Source of the DNA: Magallana gigas
Taxonomy: Eukaryota
Direction: 5' to 3'
NCBI RefSeq assembly: GCF_963853765.1
Contig: NC_088861.1
Location: 47,058,001-47,122,000, forward strand
DNA length: 64,000 nucleotides
Both the position numbers and the translations under genes were made by a program. The notes beneath the pieces are model-generated. The model was given only the letters and a program-made list of their open reading frames with translations. It was not told where the DNA came from and searched no databases. Positions 1 to 13,500 of this stretch are shown here, in pieces. Each line of letters begins with the position of its first letter. The first letter of the stretch is position 1.

Positions 1-1061
1 CAAAATATTGCAAATATAGCAATAGAGTAAGTTAAATGATCAACATCGACTTTTGGGTAGTTATGATGTTAGATCTTCAATGAACCAAACAATCAATCAA
101 TCAAGATGAATCAATCAATAAAATCAATCAATCAATAATTCAAACAATATTTCAATCAATCAATCAATATGCAAATCAATAAAGTATAATCAATGTTTTG
201 CTTTAGTGAATGTCTCAATATGACAATCAATGTATCAATTTAATTGATTACTCAATGTATTCAATGATGACAATCAACCCACTGCAATGTATCAATAGAA
301 TTATTCAATTACTCAGTGTATTCAATGACTCACTGTCAATCAATGTCTGAATGAAACAAAGTGTCAATTAAAGTAAGCCCGATTATTGGCCACGGACCTG
401 GAAGTAAACAGAATCCGGGGCAGGCTTAAGCAAAATTCGTTAGACTGATGACAGCTGCACGCCACACGTGTCGTTGTAAAGCCATGACGCTTATCTATGG
501 ATGTGATGAAAGTACTACTTCAAGGAATTACGAATCTGAAATACAGAAAAAGAAGACAGAAACACGAAAAATATGGAATATATAACCTTACAAGATAGGG
601 TGGGAGGGGGAGGGATTGAATTTTTTCCAGGTTGAAGCTGAGAAAGGTCGATACACTACTGCGCATGCGTAATATAAGGACCCCAAAAGGGGCCGTGCGA
701 AAAGTTACGGGAACCTCATATTGAGGAGTTATCTTTCTTTCGATGTAGATATTAGTGAAATGGTTAATCTATTCATTTCCATAACATGACTTAACTCATA
801 TCGAGTTAAGTCGGATTATTTCAATAAAATAGATTAACAACACCGTATTGGCAGTCTATGTCATGGCTTTATTTTAATATATCAGTACATCATAAACTAT
901 TCAAATGTATGCAAAATATTGCAAATATAGCAATAGAGTAAGTTAAATGATCAACATCGACTTTTGGGTAGTTATGATGTTAGATCTTCAATGAACCAAA
1001 CAATCAATCAATCAAGATGAATCAATCAATAAAATCAATCAATCAATAATTCAAACAATAT
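1..1061. repeat. 911-bp-spaced direct repeat (1-150 recurs at 912-1061) with (TCAA)n-rich tract
   Basis: caaaatattgcaaatatagc...ttcaaacaatat is identical at 1-150 and 912-1061. The second copy stops a few bases before the LTR at 1069. Confidence 0.85.
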
Positions 1062-1068
1062 CTCTATA

Positions 1069-2790
1069 TGACATCTACCACTCCGTATACAAGTAGGCTA
1101 AGACCAAGTAAGCCATTTATGTTGCCGCACGACTTTAAACAACTAATGATTACATTATGGACATCTCGGCACGCCGAATATCCAAACACTCCTCTGCAAC
1201 TGCGGCCCAATTATAAGAAACATACAAAAATCTGGTAAACTCTACCAATGCTCAGAAAAACAACTGATGACTTAACAAAACGATACATAGTTCCCTGCAG
1301 CACTGTGTATTATTCTCACAGTTATCATAAAACAAAACACTCAACTCAAAAAACCTACTGTCTTACGAACCAGGTTAACACTCGGGGCAAACAAATATTG
1401 GTATTGTCCTGACCTCTTCATATATTCCAACACACTTGGGATGAAACCTATCCCTGCACTCTTAGCACAGTACCATCAAATTTTGGAATTACCCTGGCTA
1501 CACAAACAGTGTGTTTTAGAAGCTTTACTCTTCTAATACTTAACTTCGGGAGTTTTGCCTTCGCTATCTTGAACTCCACAGACTCACTGGCAACTTCTTG
1601 GTGATCTCTGGCTCTACTTCTAGTCCCCATGTGAGCCCCCCCCCCCCCCCCCCCCCGCCAACAGATTGGCTGGAAATAGTGTAACCGCGTAGATTCGTAC
1701 GGTGCTAGAGAATTCGTCTGGAACTGCATCCGTCTTGTGCAGTACGAACGTGGTGAGGGAATATTGGCGGCGAAGGTATAAGGCTGTTGCGCGTTGTAGG
1801 TCCTAAGATAAAAAAAGAAGGGCAGATGTGCCATATTCCCGAAGGTCCACCAGTATATTGTTCCAGAGAAATAAATAGGCAATTGATGCAGGATTCCGAA
1901 TTGAATTTATTAGTTGAGAATCAACGATGGCAACATAACAATTTAACAGACAGACATGTTATCAACAAGTCGGACATGGCCAGTAGTGGCCTCCGGACTC
2001 ATGACTCTGGGTGAGTCGGATGTGGCCGAGGCTGGCCGCCGTATTCCAGACTCAAGACTCTGGGTGAGTCGGACGTGGCCGAGACTGGCCGCCGTATTCC
2101 AGACTGCCGATTGACAATTGTACATAACTATGTATAAGAATCTGAACAATGAGTATAAATTGACAAGTGACGACATAAGTAAGCTGAGTAAAAGGTTACA
2201 GATATAAAATAATTAAATAAACCTAATGAGTCTTTGATGTCATGGAAATGAAAAACTCATAAGTGCACAATGTTGTTTAAAGGGATAAGCAGTCCTTGAA
2301 ACATGACACTCTGTCTCTTTGAAATCGCATATAGAGTCCGAAAAGTGTCAATCACTAAATAAATAAGTAAAACTTTGTAAGAAATAAACTGTGAGAAAAT
2401 ATTACAGAACAGATGTTGAGTTTTAAAAGAAAAGTCCAAAATAAAATTATAATTAAACAGTGAATTTTGCACGGTGATAGTAGTCTGCGGGACTGTAGTG
2501 TGCTGTTTTCTTCAAAATATACTATAAATAATTTGACACTTTTCGGCACTGGTACATGTGGGTTATGCTCTGACTCACTGCTTGGCTCTTCATCAATGAC
2601 CTGCTTCTGATAGTTATAGAGCCACTGAGGTATTTCTGTAGCATTGCATTTCTTCAATTTGTCATGATGCATGGTCCGAACCTCTCTGCGGGACTTCACT
2701 ATGAACAAATTAAAGTATCTGAGTTGGTCTATACAATTATACCTGGACCATTCCAGATAGACTACACTTTCTTCCCCTTACTTGTTTAGG
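1069..2790 (-). mobile_element. Gypsy-like LTR retrotransposon remnant: integrase C-terminus, PPT and 3' LTR (LTR about 1069-1634)
   Basis: Minus-strand translation near 2480-2780 gives a degraded SIWNGPGII (GPY/F-like) motif followed by HHDKLKKC..IPQWL, resembling a Gypsy integrase tail. The G-run on the minus strand (C-run 1636-1657) acts as the PPT. The LTR is bounded by TGACAT and ATGTGA (5/6 inverted match). Confidence 0.6.
1996..2105. repeat. 53-bp GC-rich tandem duplication inside the Gypsy remnant
   Basis: gactc(a/t)..gactctgggtgagtcgga(t/c)gtggccgag(g/a)ctggccgccgtattcca occurs twice, starting at 1996 and 2049. Confidence 0.9.
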
Positions 2791-4075
2791 AGGATGAAAC
2801 AAATTGAATTGAAAAGTAAGAAATTAACAGTTAAAGTTTTAGGTACAGTTCGATACACCCTCCCCCTTCCACGGATTCATGATTTCGAGAAGTTGTAATT
2901 TTCCTCTCATTTTGTATTTATTTTTTATTTTTATCTTGTCAAGATTTTGGATCAGTCCCCCCCCCCCCCCCCAACTTTCAAATACGATGCTACGTGCCTT
3001 TGTGGTATCTAAAAGAATTGAAATTAAAGTTTTGAATAACACATCTTGCCTATTTTCTTATGTGTTCAATGATTTTAAAAAGCCTTTACCGGGGCATTTT
3101 ATGTGATAAGGTGTAATTTTAGCTTTAGTTCATTTTATTTGATTTTGTACAACACGAAATTATTAATTCAGTGATTCAATCTTTGCGTTTACTATTTGCG
3201 TACATCCTTTGCATTCACCCTTTTCCTGTAATTTTTCGCGTCTTTTTTACTATTTTTTTTAAAAGTAGAGGGTATTAATTTTTTTATTAGAATAAAAAAG
3301 TATATAACGTTAGGTGTCTGTGATATATTTCTTTGATATACGAGAAATGACTCTTGCTCTTTGGTATTTAAGCTATTGTCAACCTTAAAAAATGTAATTT
3401 TTAGAAAATAGCAAAGTATGAATATAATATGTTTGTTGCTATGATGTATGCTAGTTACTAATGTTGACCGTTTTCAGGGTTCATAATTATAATGGAAACC
3501 AGTAAACTGATTTAAACCTGAGTCGCAGGAGTTATTATTTGTAACATTGAGAAAACTCTGCTACATACATGTAGGTATAAAAAAAAAATCGGTTAAAAGT
3601 TGGTTTTACTACCATTTTCTATTAATGCATTACAAATGGTTCGAACAAAAGTTCTTACAACTTACGAGGCTCTTATACCATGCATACCAATTAACAAATG
3701 TTGGAAACCCCCTCAATCGTCATACACATTATTTCACTTTGCAATTTTTTTTTTTTTTTTTTTGCGGGTGGGTGGAAGGGGGGGGGGGGCTTAGTTTTAA
3801 CCGTACGGTAGAGAGTTGTGCTATTTCTATTTTTAGAACAGTTTAAGATGAAATCATGTTTTAATTATTTTGTGCATCTTATTTATCCTTTGCAATTATG
3901 ATATATACTGTTTGATTGTCAATTTCTCTTTTTAACAAATTAAAACACAAACACAATCATTATGGCTTCGATCCGAAATTATTTCTCTAAATTTTAAAAT
4001 AACTGGAACATATGGATTATAATATATTCACATACTGATCTACATAATCTAATCATATAGTGACGTCTTATTCAT

Positions 4076-4080
<5 letters not shown>

Positions 4081-4152
<72 letters not shown>
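4081..4152. repeat. (GA)n microsatellite
   Basis: Pure GA run directly before the assembly gap. Confidence 0.98.
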
Positions 4153-4154
<2 letters not shown>

Positions 4155-4159
4155 CGCTC

Positions 4160-4290
4160 NNNNNNNNNNNNNNNNNNNNNNNNNNNNNNNNNNNNNNNNN
4201 NNNNNNNNNNNNNNNNNNNNNNNNNNNNNNNNNNNNNNNNNNNNNNNNNNNNNNNNNNNNNNNNNNNNNNNNNNNNNNNNNNNNNNNNNN
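4160..4290. other. Assembly gap (131 N)
   Basis: Run of n. Confidence 1.
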
Positions 4291-4653
4291 GAAATTTGAT
4301 AAATCTCCTATAAAAATCAAAAAGGATTGAAAGCCTTGACAAAATATGAGACGGACCGAAATCTGTAGGGGCCGCATTGACCCGGAGCCGATACGTGAAG
4401 TGATCACTTGAGTGTTTACTGTAGAGGGCGTATTTATCATGTGACAAGAGAGACCTTGCAGACGATAGCGGACCTAACTATAGAATGTCTACTGCTGACT
4501 TGTTATAAAGTCAAGGTTTGTTTTTTGATTAATTGTGAAGGTTTTTATAGTTTTTTTTAATCGGTTTTGCACTTGTAAGTGCTCTGGGATTGTATAACTT
4601 AAGAACAGGCATGGCAAATATCGATTCATCGTTTTCCAAAGCGTGGGTTGGGG

Positions 4654-4939
4654 CACAGGGGCTTGGTTGTTGGATAGTGAATTTCCTAATTATTTGTTCC
4701 CGAAGAAAAAATTGATTAAAATTGGTAATCTTATGTGTATATCTGTGTATTGCGATAAATAAATTCACTGAAACCCCCAGTTTCAGTCATACACTTTTTT
4801 AACATGACTGAAACGGGGGTTTCAGTGTATTTATTTAGTGTAATACACAGGCATCCATCTAAGATTACCAATCTTAATCATTTTTTTCTTCAGGAACAAA
4901 TAATTAAGAACTTCACTATCCAACAATCAAGCCCCTGTG
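4654..4939. mobile_element. Fold-back MITE, CMC-EnSpm-like
   Basis: Termini CACAGGGGCTTG...CAAGCCCCTGTG. The whole 286 bp is a near-palindrome and is flanked by a 2-bp GG duplication. Confidence 0.75.
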
Positions 4940-5720
4940 GGTTAGGGTTGGGTTCCGATACATTACAGTACACAAAATATTAGGCCTAACAAAAATGAAT
5001 TAAATTTAATCAATTAAGAAGTATAAACATTTACATTTCTGATATATGTACCTTCGCCAAACCTCATTAGAATCAACAAATCAACAATTATAACGTTATA
5101 TTTGCCTAAATTTAAGGATAGGCTACAATATGTTGAATGCTACTGAAATCATTTAATTATCAAGGCCTGTCTTTACACATTATTTATATTCCTTCTGCGT
5201 TTGTTTTGTATGCCTTCTAACATCAGTCAAATTGAACCCATCTCAGTCCTCCCCAAACATACCTATTTTGTATCACACGTGCACATCCGGAATATTTTTT
5301 AAAAGAGGGGGGGGGGGAGATATTTTAGACTGCCAGGGGTCCATTAATTGAATAAATTGAATTAAATTTAGAGGTTAAAAAATGTAGAAAATTTATCCAC
5401 TGAATCATTAAAATTTACACTAGGTTATAGGCCTAAACTACGCCACAAAGAAAATACAATAATAATCATTTTATGCCTTTGTAAGACATATGTTTAACTT
5501 TTATGTGCATTTTGAAAAAACGTGCATATTATAGTATGCACTAAATTTTCAATTATTTGTACAAACCAAGTTATTTCAATGAATAAAAGATAAACAACTC
5601 TATGTACAAGTTTGGTTTTGGATTTTGACTTTATAAAAACATAAACTTGTATGGCATGCCCCATTGTGATTGAAAGTAATGATAAACATGTATATTTCAG
5701 GCTCTACCAAGGACTTGACC

Positions 5721-6960
5721 ATGGACCCCCAACGCAGTGCCCAGGATGTGGTGCGTTGTGATGTGTGTGATACTCCTGTCCCCCCACTACACTGTGACTT
5801 CTGTCAGACCAATCTCTGCAAAGCTTGTGTTGGGGAACATATGCTGGATTTTTCCAAAAAACATCAGGTGGTACCATTCCAAGACCGGAGATCTACAATT
5901 ATTTCTCCTAATTGCCAAACACATTCTCTCAAACAATGTGAGCTTCATTGTGAACAATGTGACATTCCTATCTGTGCCCTTTGTGTTTCCTCTGAAAGTC
6001 ATGAAAACCACAAAAAACTGGACATTATAAATTATTTTGAAACAAAGAAACATGATTTACAATCAGATTTGCAAGAATTAGAAAAAACAGTCATTGCAAA
6101 ATATCAAGAAATAGCAAACAACGTTACAGTTCAGAAGGCTGATCTAAGTAAAAACTCCAGGAAATTGACAACAGCAATAGACAAACATGGAGAAGTCTGG
6201 CACAGAGAAATAGACACCATTATACAGAAACTGAAATCCGATCTTGATGAAATGGACGCCAAACACCTGGCTGTCTTAAACAAAGAGGAAGATGAAATCA
6301 CACACACCATTTCTGAAATCACACAGAGCATTGCTGATCTGAAGAAGTTACTAGACTCCAATGACGTCAGCCGTGTCTCTGCCTACAAATCCAGGATTGC
6401 TGAATTCAGAAGATTGCCTCCTAAACTCACAGTTTCTCTACCAAACTTCACCCCTCAGAAAATTAACCCAGAACAATTTTACCAACAATTTGGTTCCCTG
6501 TCAGCATTCTCCATCACAACAGAGGAACACGGCTACACCATGGAAACCTCAGAAGCTGGATCCTCTCCTCTCAAACCACTGCTTGATGAGCCACGGATCA
6601 TCTCCACCATACAGACACAGTATAAACGTTCACTAACCAGTGTTACTTGTGACAGCGATGAAAAAATCTGGGCGTGTGGTTTTAATAATAAGATGATGAG
6701 TCTCTACAACCTGCAGGGGGAACTAGTGGAGTCAGTCCAAACCAAGTCAGGGAACCGTCCACAGGACATAGTAGTGACAAGGAGTGGGGATCTAGTTTAT
6801 ACTGATAGAGATGATAGAACTGTGAACATAGAGAAGAATACACAGATACAGACAGTGATCAGACTACAGGGGTGGAAACCTCGCGGTTTCTGTAGTACCT
6901 CCTCTGGTGACCTCCTGGTTGTCATGGACAGTGATGATGATAAACAAACAAAAGTTGTGT

Positions 6961-6996
<36 letters not shown>

Positions 6997-7394
6997 ACGA
7001 TGACAAAGGACAACCTCTCTATTCATCTGGTAGATACACTAAATACATCAGTGAGAACAGGAACCTAGATATCTGTGTGTCAGACTGTACAGCCCGTGCA
7101 GTAGTGGTGGTCAATCAGGCCGGGAAACTCCGGTTTACCTACACTGGTCGTCCCTCTACTACCAAGGGATCATTTAATCCACGCGGCATCACAACAGACA
7201 GCCAGGGTCAGATCCTGACAGCAGACTATCACAACGACCGTATCCACATCCTGGATCAGGACGGACAGTTCCTCCGCTACATTGACAACTGTCATTTATG
7301 GTATCCATGGGGTTTATGTGTGGACACTAGAGACAACCTCTTTGTGGCTGAGCTCGAAACAGGTAAAGTGAAGAAAATACAATATCTGATGTAA
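5721..7394 (+). CDS. TRIM2/3/71-like protein without RING: two B-boxes, coiled coil, NHL-like beta-propeller (557 aa, single coding exon)
   Basis: Intact ORF with [20 protein letters not shown] and [22 protein letters not shown]-boxes, a heptad-rich middle and NHL-type repeats ([34 protein letters not shown]). Splice acceptor tttcag at 5700, ATG at 5721. Confidence 0.9.
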
Positions 7395-7680
7395 ACAAAC
7401 TGTGTGTGTATTATATGTAAACAAACTGTGTGTGTGTATTATATGTAAACAAACTGTGTGTGTGTGTATTATATGTAAACAAACTGTGTGTGTGTATTAT
7501 ATGTAAACAAACTGTGTGTGTATTATATGTAAACAAACTGTGTGTGTGTGTATTATATGTAAACAAACTGTGTGTGTGTATTATATGTAAACAAACTGTG
7601 TGTGTATTATATGTAAACAAACTGTGTGTGTGTATTATATGTAAACAAACTGTGTGTATGTATTATATGTAAACACACTG
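7388..7680 (+). repeat. 26-30 bp minisatellite starting at the TRIM stop codon
   Basis: Unit atgtaaacaaactg(tg)n tattat, about 10 copies. The first unit contains the CDS end ATG TAA. Confidence 0.95.
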
Positions 7681-8595
7681 TGTTGATATTATACATTGCA
7701 TGTACAAGGATAAACTACATTTACATGCAATTAAACTGTTATTTTCTGACTATATAATTATATATTTGTTGCATGTAAACAAACAGACAGTTGATATGAT
7801 GTTTTACATAAAAAGAATACACATGTGGATAAGTCTATTAAAACTGCATTAATTTTTGTTTTGATTGTTTAAAGATATTCACTGCATAAGGAGCAATTAC
7901 AATTACAATTAATTGTATATAATTAATTACCATGAACATGTAATAAATAATAAGTATCTGAATATGAAGTGGTTTTTCACCACACAGATCAAGGTTTTCT
8001 ATGAGTTTAGATATTATCATAGCTATCTTTGTGGATTGTTTGATTGAAATATAATGAGGCAGTGTACCATTTTCTACGGTAAAATATTTTTATTTCCAGT
8101 AGGTGTTTATAATTACATACTTTGTATAAATTTATTATTATGTAAACACATATAGTGTGTACATGCTGTTAGGTTTAACTGGTATATGTGACTTGTTTTA
8201 ATATGTATAAATAAACACACTGATAGAATGAATAAATTTATTAAATTACACGTTTTATTCATTGACAAATCATGACAAATTACTTGTGCATAAAATGTGT
8301 TGATGATTTGGACATATTAAATAACATGACAGAGTAACAATTAAAAAATACCACATGTATCGACTATCAATCCTTGTTTAGAACATTTTCTCAACCAATC
8401 TCATTTGTTTTGCCTCGGACTAGAATGTCACGACGTCATTGGATGAAACGCGTCACGTGGCTGACTTACAAATTTCTTTAAAAGGCAAGCGTCAAAATTT
8501 ATAGCGCAACATGGCGGACGTAACGTTATTTGAACTGATTTTCTACACAAACGTTTGTTTACATATCAAACTTTAGGTCCTCGACAAAACAAAAC

Positions 8596-8736
8596 ACTTA
8601 TTGGGTTTGTTACTGACTGTTTAAAGAAATTTGTGGGATCGGTAAAGTCCATAGAAGGCTCGGCTCCGCCTCGCCTTCTATGGACTTTACCGACCCCACA
8701 AATTTCTTTAAACAGTCAGTAGCAAACCTAATAAGT
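8596..8736. repeat. Long hairpin with about 64-bp arms, Crypton-like non-autonomous element part
   Basis: acttattgggtttgttactgactg...gtccatagaaggc / gccttctatggac...cagtcagtagcaaacctaataagt with loop tcggctccgcctc. The family assignment is inference. Confidence 0.7.
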
Positions 8737-9120
8737 AATATTAAGTATTTTACTTGTATGGAAAATAAAGTAAAAAAAGGATAAACAAATGTATTCTTGG
8801 CAGGAAAAAATGAGAATTGAATTATCTCCCCTAAAAAACTATTGATTATCTCAGCATCACTTATTTTTTTGGGCTGGTAATAATTTAATATTTAAAGGAC
8901 AAGAGTTCTAATATGCTGATGTTTAATACAACTGTTATTCTAAAACTGTATTAATTTTATAATAATTCCAACATTTTATTCCATCTGTGACAGTATCACA
9001 GTTGAATTGTCATATCCAGACAACTTTATGACAGCATCTCCTTTGTTTAACATATTTTCACTGACAATGTGACATTATCTTGCTGACAATCACTGTCTCT
9101 CACTGACGATTTACCCGCTG

Positions 9121-10474
9121 TCACCGACTAAACTGCCGATTGTTGTGTCCTTTACTTTTGATTGGTTTATAGATTTTCGCTTTGTTCTCAAACTTGTCTC
9201 TGCTGTAACCAAAACCCCCGGGTTTACCTCTGTGGCTTTTGGATTTACCTCCCTTTTTTCCGTGAACATCTAAAAATAAATAGAGCATAGATAATTGAAA
9301 ATTATCAAAAAATAAACAAGAGGCCCAGGGGCAACATCGCTCACCTGAGCAACAATTGCCTTAATTCTGATCAAATTAGCATTGCAGTATCAAAATATCT
9401 TGACAACTGAGTACAGTAAATCTTGCTAAAAAAATTGAAAATCTGCCAATTTTTATCCACCTCTTATTTTTTGTTAAATAACAAGCCCTTTTTGTTGTAC
9501 CTGTAAGAAGATTTTTCTCTATTCCTATATATAACCATCCCCCCCCCCCCCCATTTCGTGGCCCCACTTTTCTCTAGGGAATCATGGTTTCATCAAACTT
9601 TAATCTGCATAACCCGTGCTTTCACACTAAGTACTGAGTTTTGGACCAAAAAGTTTCCCAGAATATTTTTAAAGATTTTCTCTATATATTCCTATGTAAA
9701 AATTCAAACCGCCATTACGGTCCCGGCCTACGACTAGAGACTGTGATTTTGCAAACTTTAATTTACACCACCCGAGGATGCCTATACACAAGTTTAAGCT
9801 TTTCTGGCCAAATAGTCTTTAAAAAGAAGATTTTTAAAGATTTTTCTCTATATATTCCTAAGTAAAAATTCATCCCCCATTGTGGCCTCACCCTACCCCT
9901 GGACTATTATTTAAACAAATTTGAATCTATATGATCTGGGGATGCATGCTTCCACTCAAATTTGGGCTCTCCTGGCCTAGTAGTTTTGAGAAGAAGACTT
10001 TTAAAGATTTTCTCTATATATAAAAATTTATCTCCCATTGTGGCCCCGCCGTACCCCAGGGACCATGATTTGAACAAACTTGAATCTACATTATCTGAGG
10101 ATGGTTACACGGGAATTTGAGCTTTCTTGGCCAAATAGTTTTTAAAAGAAATTTTTTAAAAGATTTTCTCTATATATTCGTATATAAAAATTTATCCCAC
10201 AATTGTGGCCCCACCCTACCCCCAGGGACCATGATTTGAACAAACTTGAATCTACACTTCCTGAGGATGCTTCCATTTTAATTTGAGCTTTTCTGGCCTA
10301 ATAGTTTTTGAGAAGAAGGTTTTTTAAAGATTTTCTCTATATATTCCTATGTGAAAATTGATCCCCCAATAGTGGCCCCACCCTACCCCGGGGACTATGA
10401 TTTGAACAAACTTGAATCTACACTACCTGAGGATGCTTCCATTTTAATTTGAGCTTTTCTGCCCAGCGGTTCTT

Positions 10475-10505
<31 letters not shown>

Positions 10506-10532
10506 ACAACGACGACAACGACAACGATGACA

Positions 10533-10574
<42 letters not shown>

Positions 10575-13500
10575 TGGCTCAGGTGAGCTAAAAACAAGAC
10601 AAAACAGTAAGTAGAGAAAATAAATAAATAGAAAAACAAGAGGTCAATAGGCCTTAGCAATCACCTGAGTATCATAGCCCATATACAAACAGAAGTCTCG
10701 TATATACATTTTATTAAGTTTCATTCTGGCGTAGAGAAATTAAAATATTGTAATGACGATCACCTCTCTGCCTGAAACCTTTCAAAAAGGACTATGACAC
10801 CTATAATTTTACCGAAAAACTTAAAGATCATAATAGAAAGGAGGACCTTACATTGAAAAGGTGCAAGACTGATAGAAATAGTTTTCCCATAGTTGTTAAT
10901 TTTCAAGATAGGTTTTATGTGTATATGTTTTCATAGATAAACTAAAACAATATATAATCTGTGTAGCTATATGTAATTTGACTGTGTAGGTACATCTTAT
11001 TCGGTACAAATAAATACTAGTTGTACACCATGTACATGTAATGTGACATACCTAGATCTACATAGGGAGGGTTGTGGAATCCAAATGAGAGTGCCACCTT
11101 CTGTAAATCTAGAGTATTGACGTCGTAGATATTCTTAAGGCTGTGTGAGGCGAACGCCCGGATGTACGATTTGTACGCTTCCTGTGCCGACTTGTGGAGG
11201 AAGTAGTTCTTTTCTATCAGCTTCTCCAGCTACAAGGTAAAGATATAAAGACAAGGTAAAGTTATAAAGATATTGGAAAGATCTAAAGATAAAGTAAAGA
11301 TCTAAAGATTGAAGTGAAGAATCATATTGTGCTCCTTCGTTCATTGATTGTCTCAACAAATAAACTAAATAAGGAACACTTTTTAATGCTACAATTTCAA
11401 GTAAATTGATCTTGAAACCAGTTTTCCCCAATGTGGCCCCATAATAACTTGGGGACCATGATTTCAATAAACTTGATTCTTCACTATCTGAGGATGGTTC
11501 CACACAACTTTGAGCTTTTCTGGCCTAATAGTTTTTGAGAAGAGGATCTTTAAAGATTTTTTCTATAAATTCTGACCTAAAAATTCATATTCCCCTATTG
11601 TGGATCCACCCTACCCCTGGGGACCATGATTTGAACAAACTCAAATCTACACTACCTGTGGCTGCTTCCACACGAGTTCAAGCTTTTCAGGCCTAATAGT
11701 TTTTAAGAAGATTCTTAAAGATTTCCTCTATATATTCCTATGTAAAACTTGATCCCCCTATTGTGGTCCCATCCTACCCCCGGGGACCATGATTTGAATC
11801 TGCACTACCTAAGGATGCTTCCACACAAATTTGAGCTTTTCTGGCCTAATAGTTTTTGAGAAGAAGACTTTTAAAGATTTTCTCTATATATAAAAATTTA
11901 TCCCCCATTGTGGCCCCGCCGTACCCCAGGGACCATGATTTGAACAAACTTGAATCTACATTATCTGAGGATGGTTACACGGGAATTTGAGCTTTCTTGG
12001 CCAAATAGTTTTTAAAAGAAATTTTTTAAAAGATTTTCTCTATATATTCGTATATAAAAATTTATAATTTAATATTTTTAAATCATCTCCCCTTTAAAGA
12101 AGATGAGGCCCTTCATTTAAAAAACTTAAATCTCCTTCACCCAGTGATGCTTTGCTTCAAATTTGGTTGAAATCAGCCCGATGGTTCTGGAGAAGATGAA
12201 AATGTGAAAAGTTTACGTGGACGCTAACGCCAATGACAGACAACTGACAAATCTTGATCAGAAAAGCTCAATTCAGCCTTTGGCTAAGGTGAGCTAAAAA
12301 GCCCACATCTACCGATAGATAATCAATTTTCCCTCTTTAACCCTGAAAGGAAGCTAATTATCCTTACATACTTATACAATAACAATCAAGATCAACTAGA
12401 GGTACTGTGAGTAAGCTTACAATTGATACCCCCCGCTAAGAAAAAAGTCATAACGCGTGTATTTTTGCTATAATTATAGAAAATATTGGATGAATCTATT
12501 TCACTGTCCATTTTCTATAAATAACAACTGCTCCATTTTTTAAAACTGTTAATGCTAATAGGAGTAAACAAACCAATTTCTATCCTTTAATTCCATTTTA
12601 TTTTAAGTTAACTGTTAATGCATGAGGACATTTGCATCCTTCCGTTAACAACCAATCTCGTATCTTGAATTATTGGTATACTGAGCCCAATTTATTCCGA
12701 AATCTATTTTGCACACACTTTTTTCCCCCAACAAAATTTCATCGGGTCAGGCCAATTTCAGAGAGACGGGGATGAGAATCTAAAAATAATTTTATGTGGC
12801 CTGAGAAGAGCAAGCTTTGTGTCAAATTTTAGCTTCTAATATTTCAATTAATACAAGACATGACACAGAAAGGAATTTAGCATTTTTGGAATCTTGAACT
12901 TCCTCAACTGACCTTGGGTTAAGGTCATGACACACCCTTTGGTCATAAGCAATATTTGTGTGAAATAAGAATATTCAATGCTTCTCAATAAGGAAGATAT
13001 GGACCGGACACGAGTTTGCACTTTTTCTGTCAGTGACCTTAACCTTGCCTGAATGACCTTGCGTCAAGGTCATGACACACTCTTAGGTCATAAGCAACAT
13101 TTGTATGAAGTAAGAACTTCCAATGTTTCTCCATAAGAAAGATTGGACCAGACATGAATTTTGCATTTTTCGGTCAGTGACCTTGACCGAATGACCTTGG
13201 GTCAAGGTCATGACACACCCTTAGGTCATAAGCAATCTTTGTGTGAAGTAAGAACTTCCAATGTTTCTCCATATTAAGAAAGATATGGACCTGACACGAT
13301 TGCACAGACAGACGGATGGACAGATGGACGGACAGACAAGGTGATTCCTATATACCCCCCCCCCCAAACTTTGTTTGCGGGGGGTTTAATAAATAACTAG
13401 AAATCTAAGGTAATTATTAATAAATTACACACATACCTGAGCCTGAATATTTGAGATTTTACTCCAAGAGAAGTCAAATTCATTCAGTGGCACCTTAGCA

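Noticed and set aside
1448-1882. 144-aa ORF spanning a poly-G run
   Set aside because: It crosses the PPT and LTR of the Gypsy remnant and has no recognisable protein motif.
4049-4447. ORFs with SL/RE runs (also 32517-32937)
   Set aside because: They are translations of (GA)n/(CT)n microsatellites and of the N gap.
11135-11503. 122-aa minus-strand ORF as a separate gene
   Set aside because: It is an off-frame overlap of DDX18 exon 13 (11229-11052) plus intron and repeat sequence.
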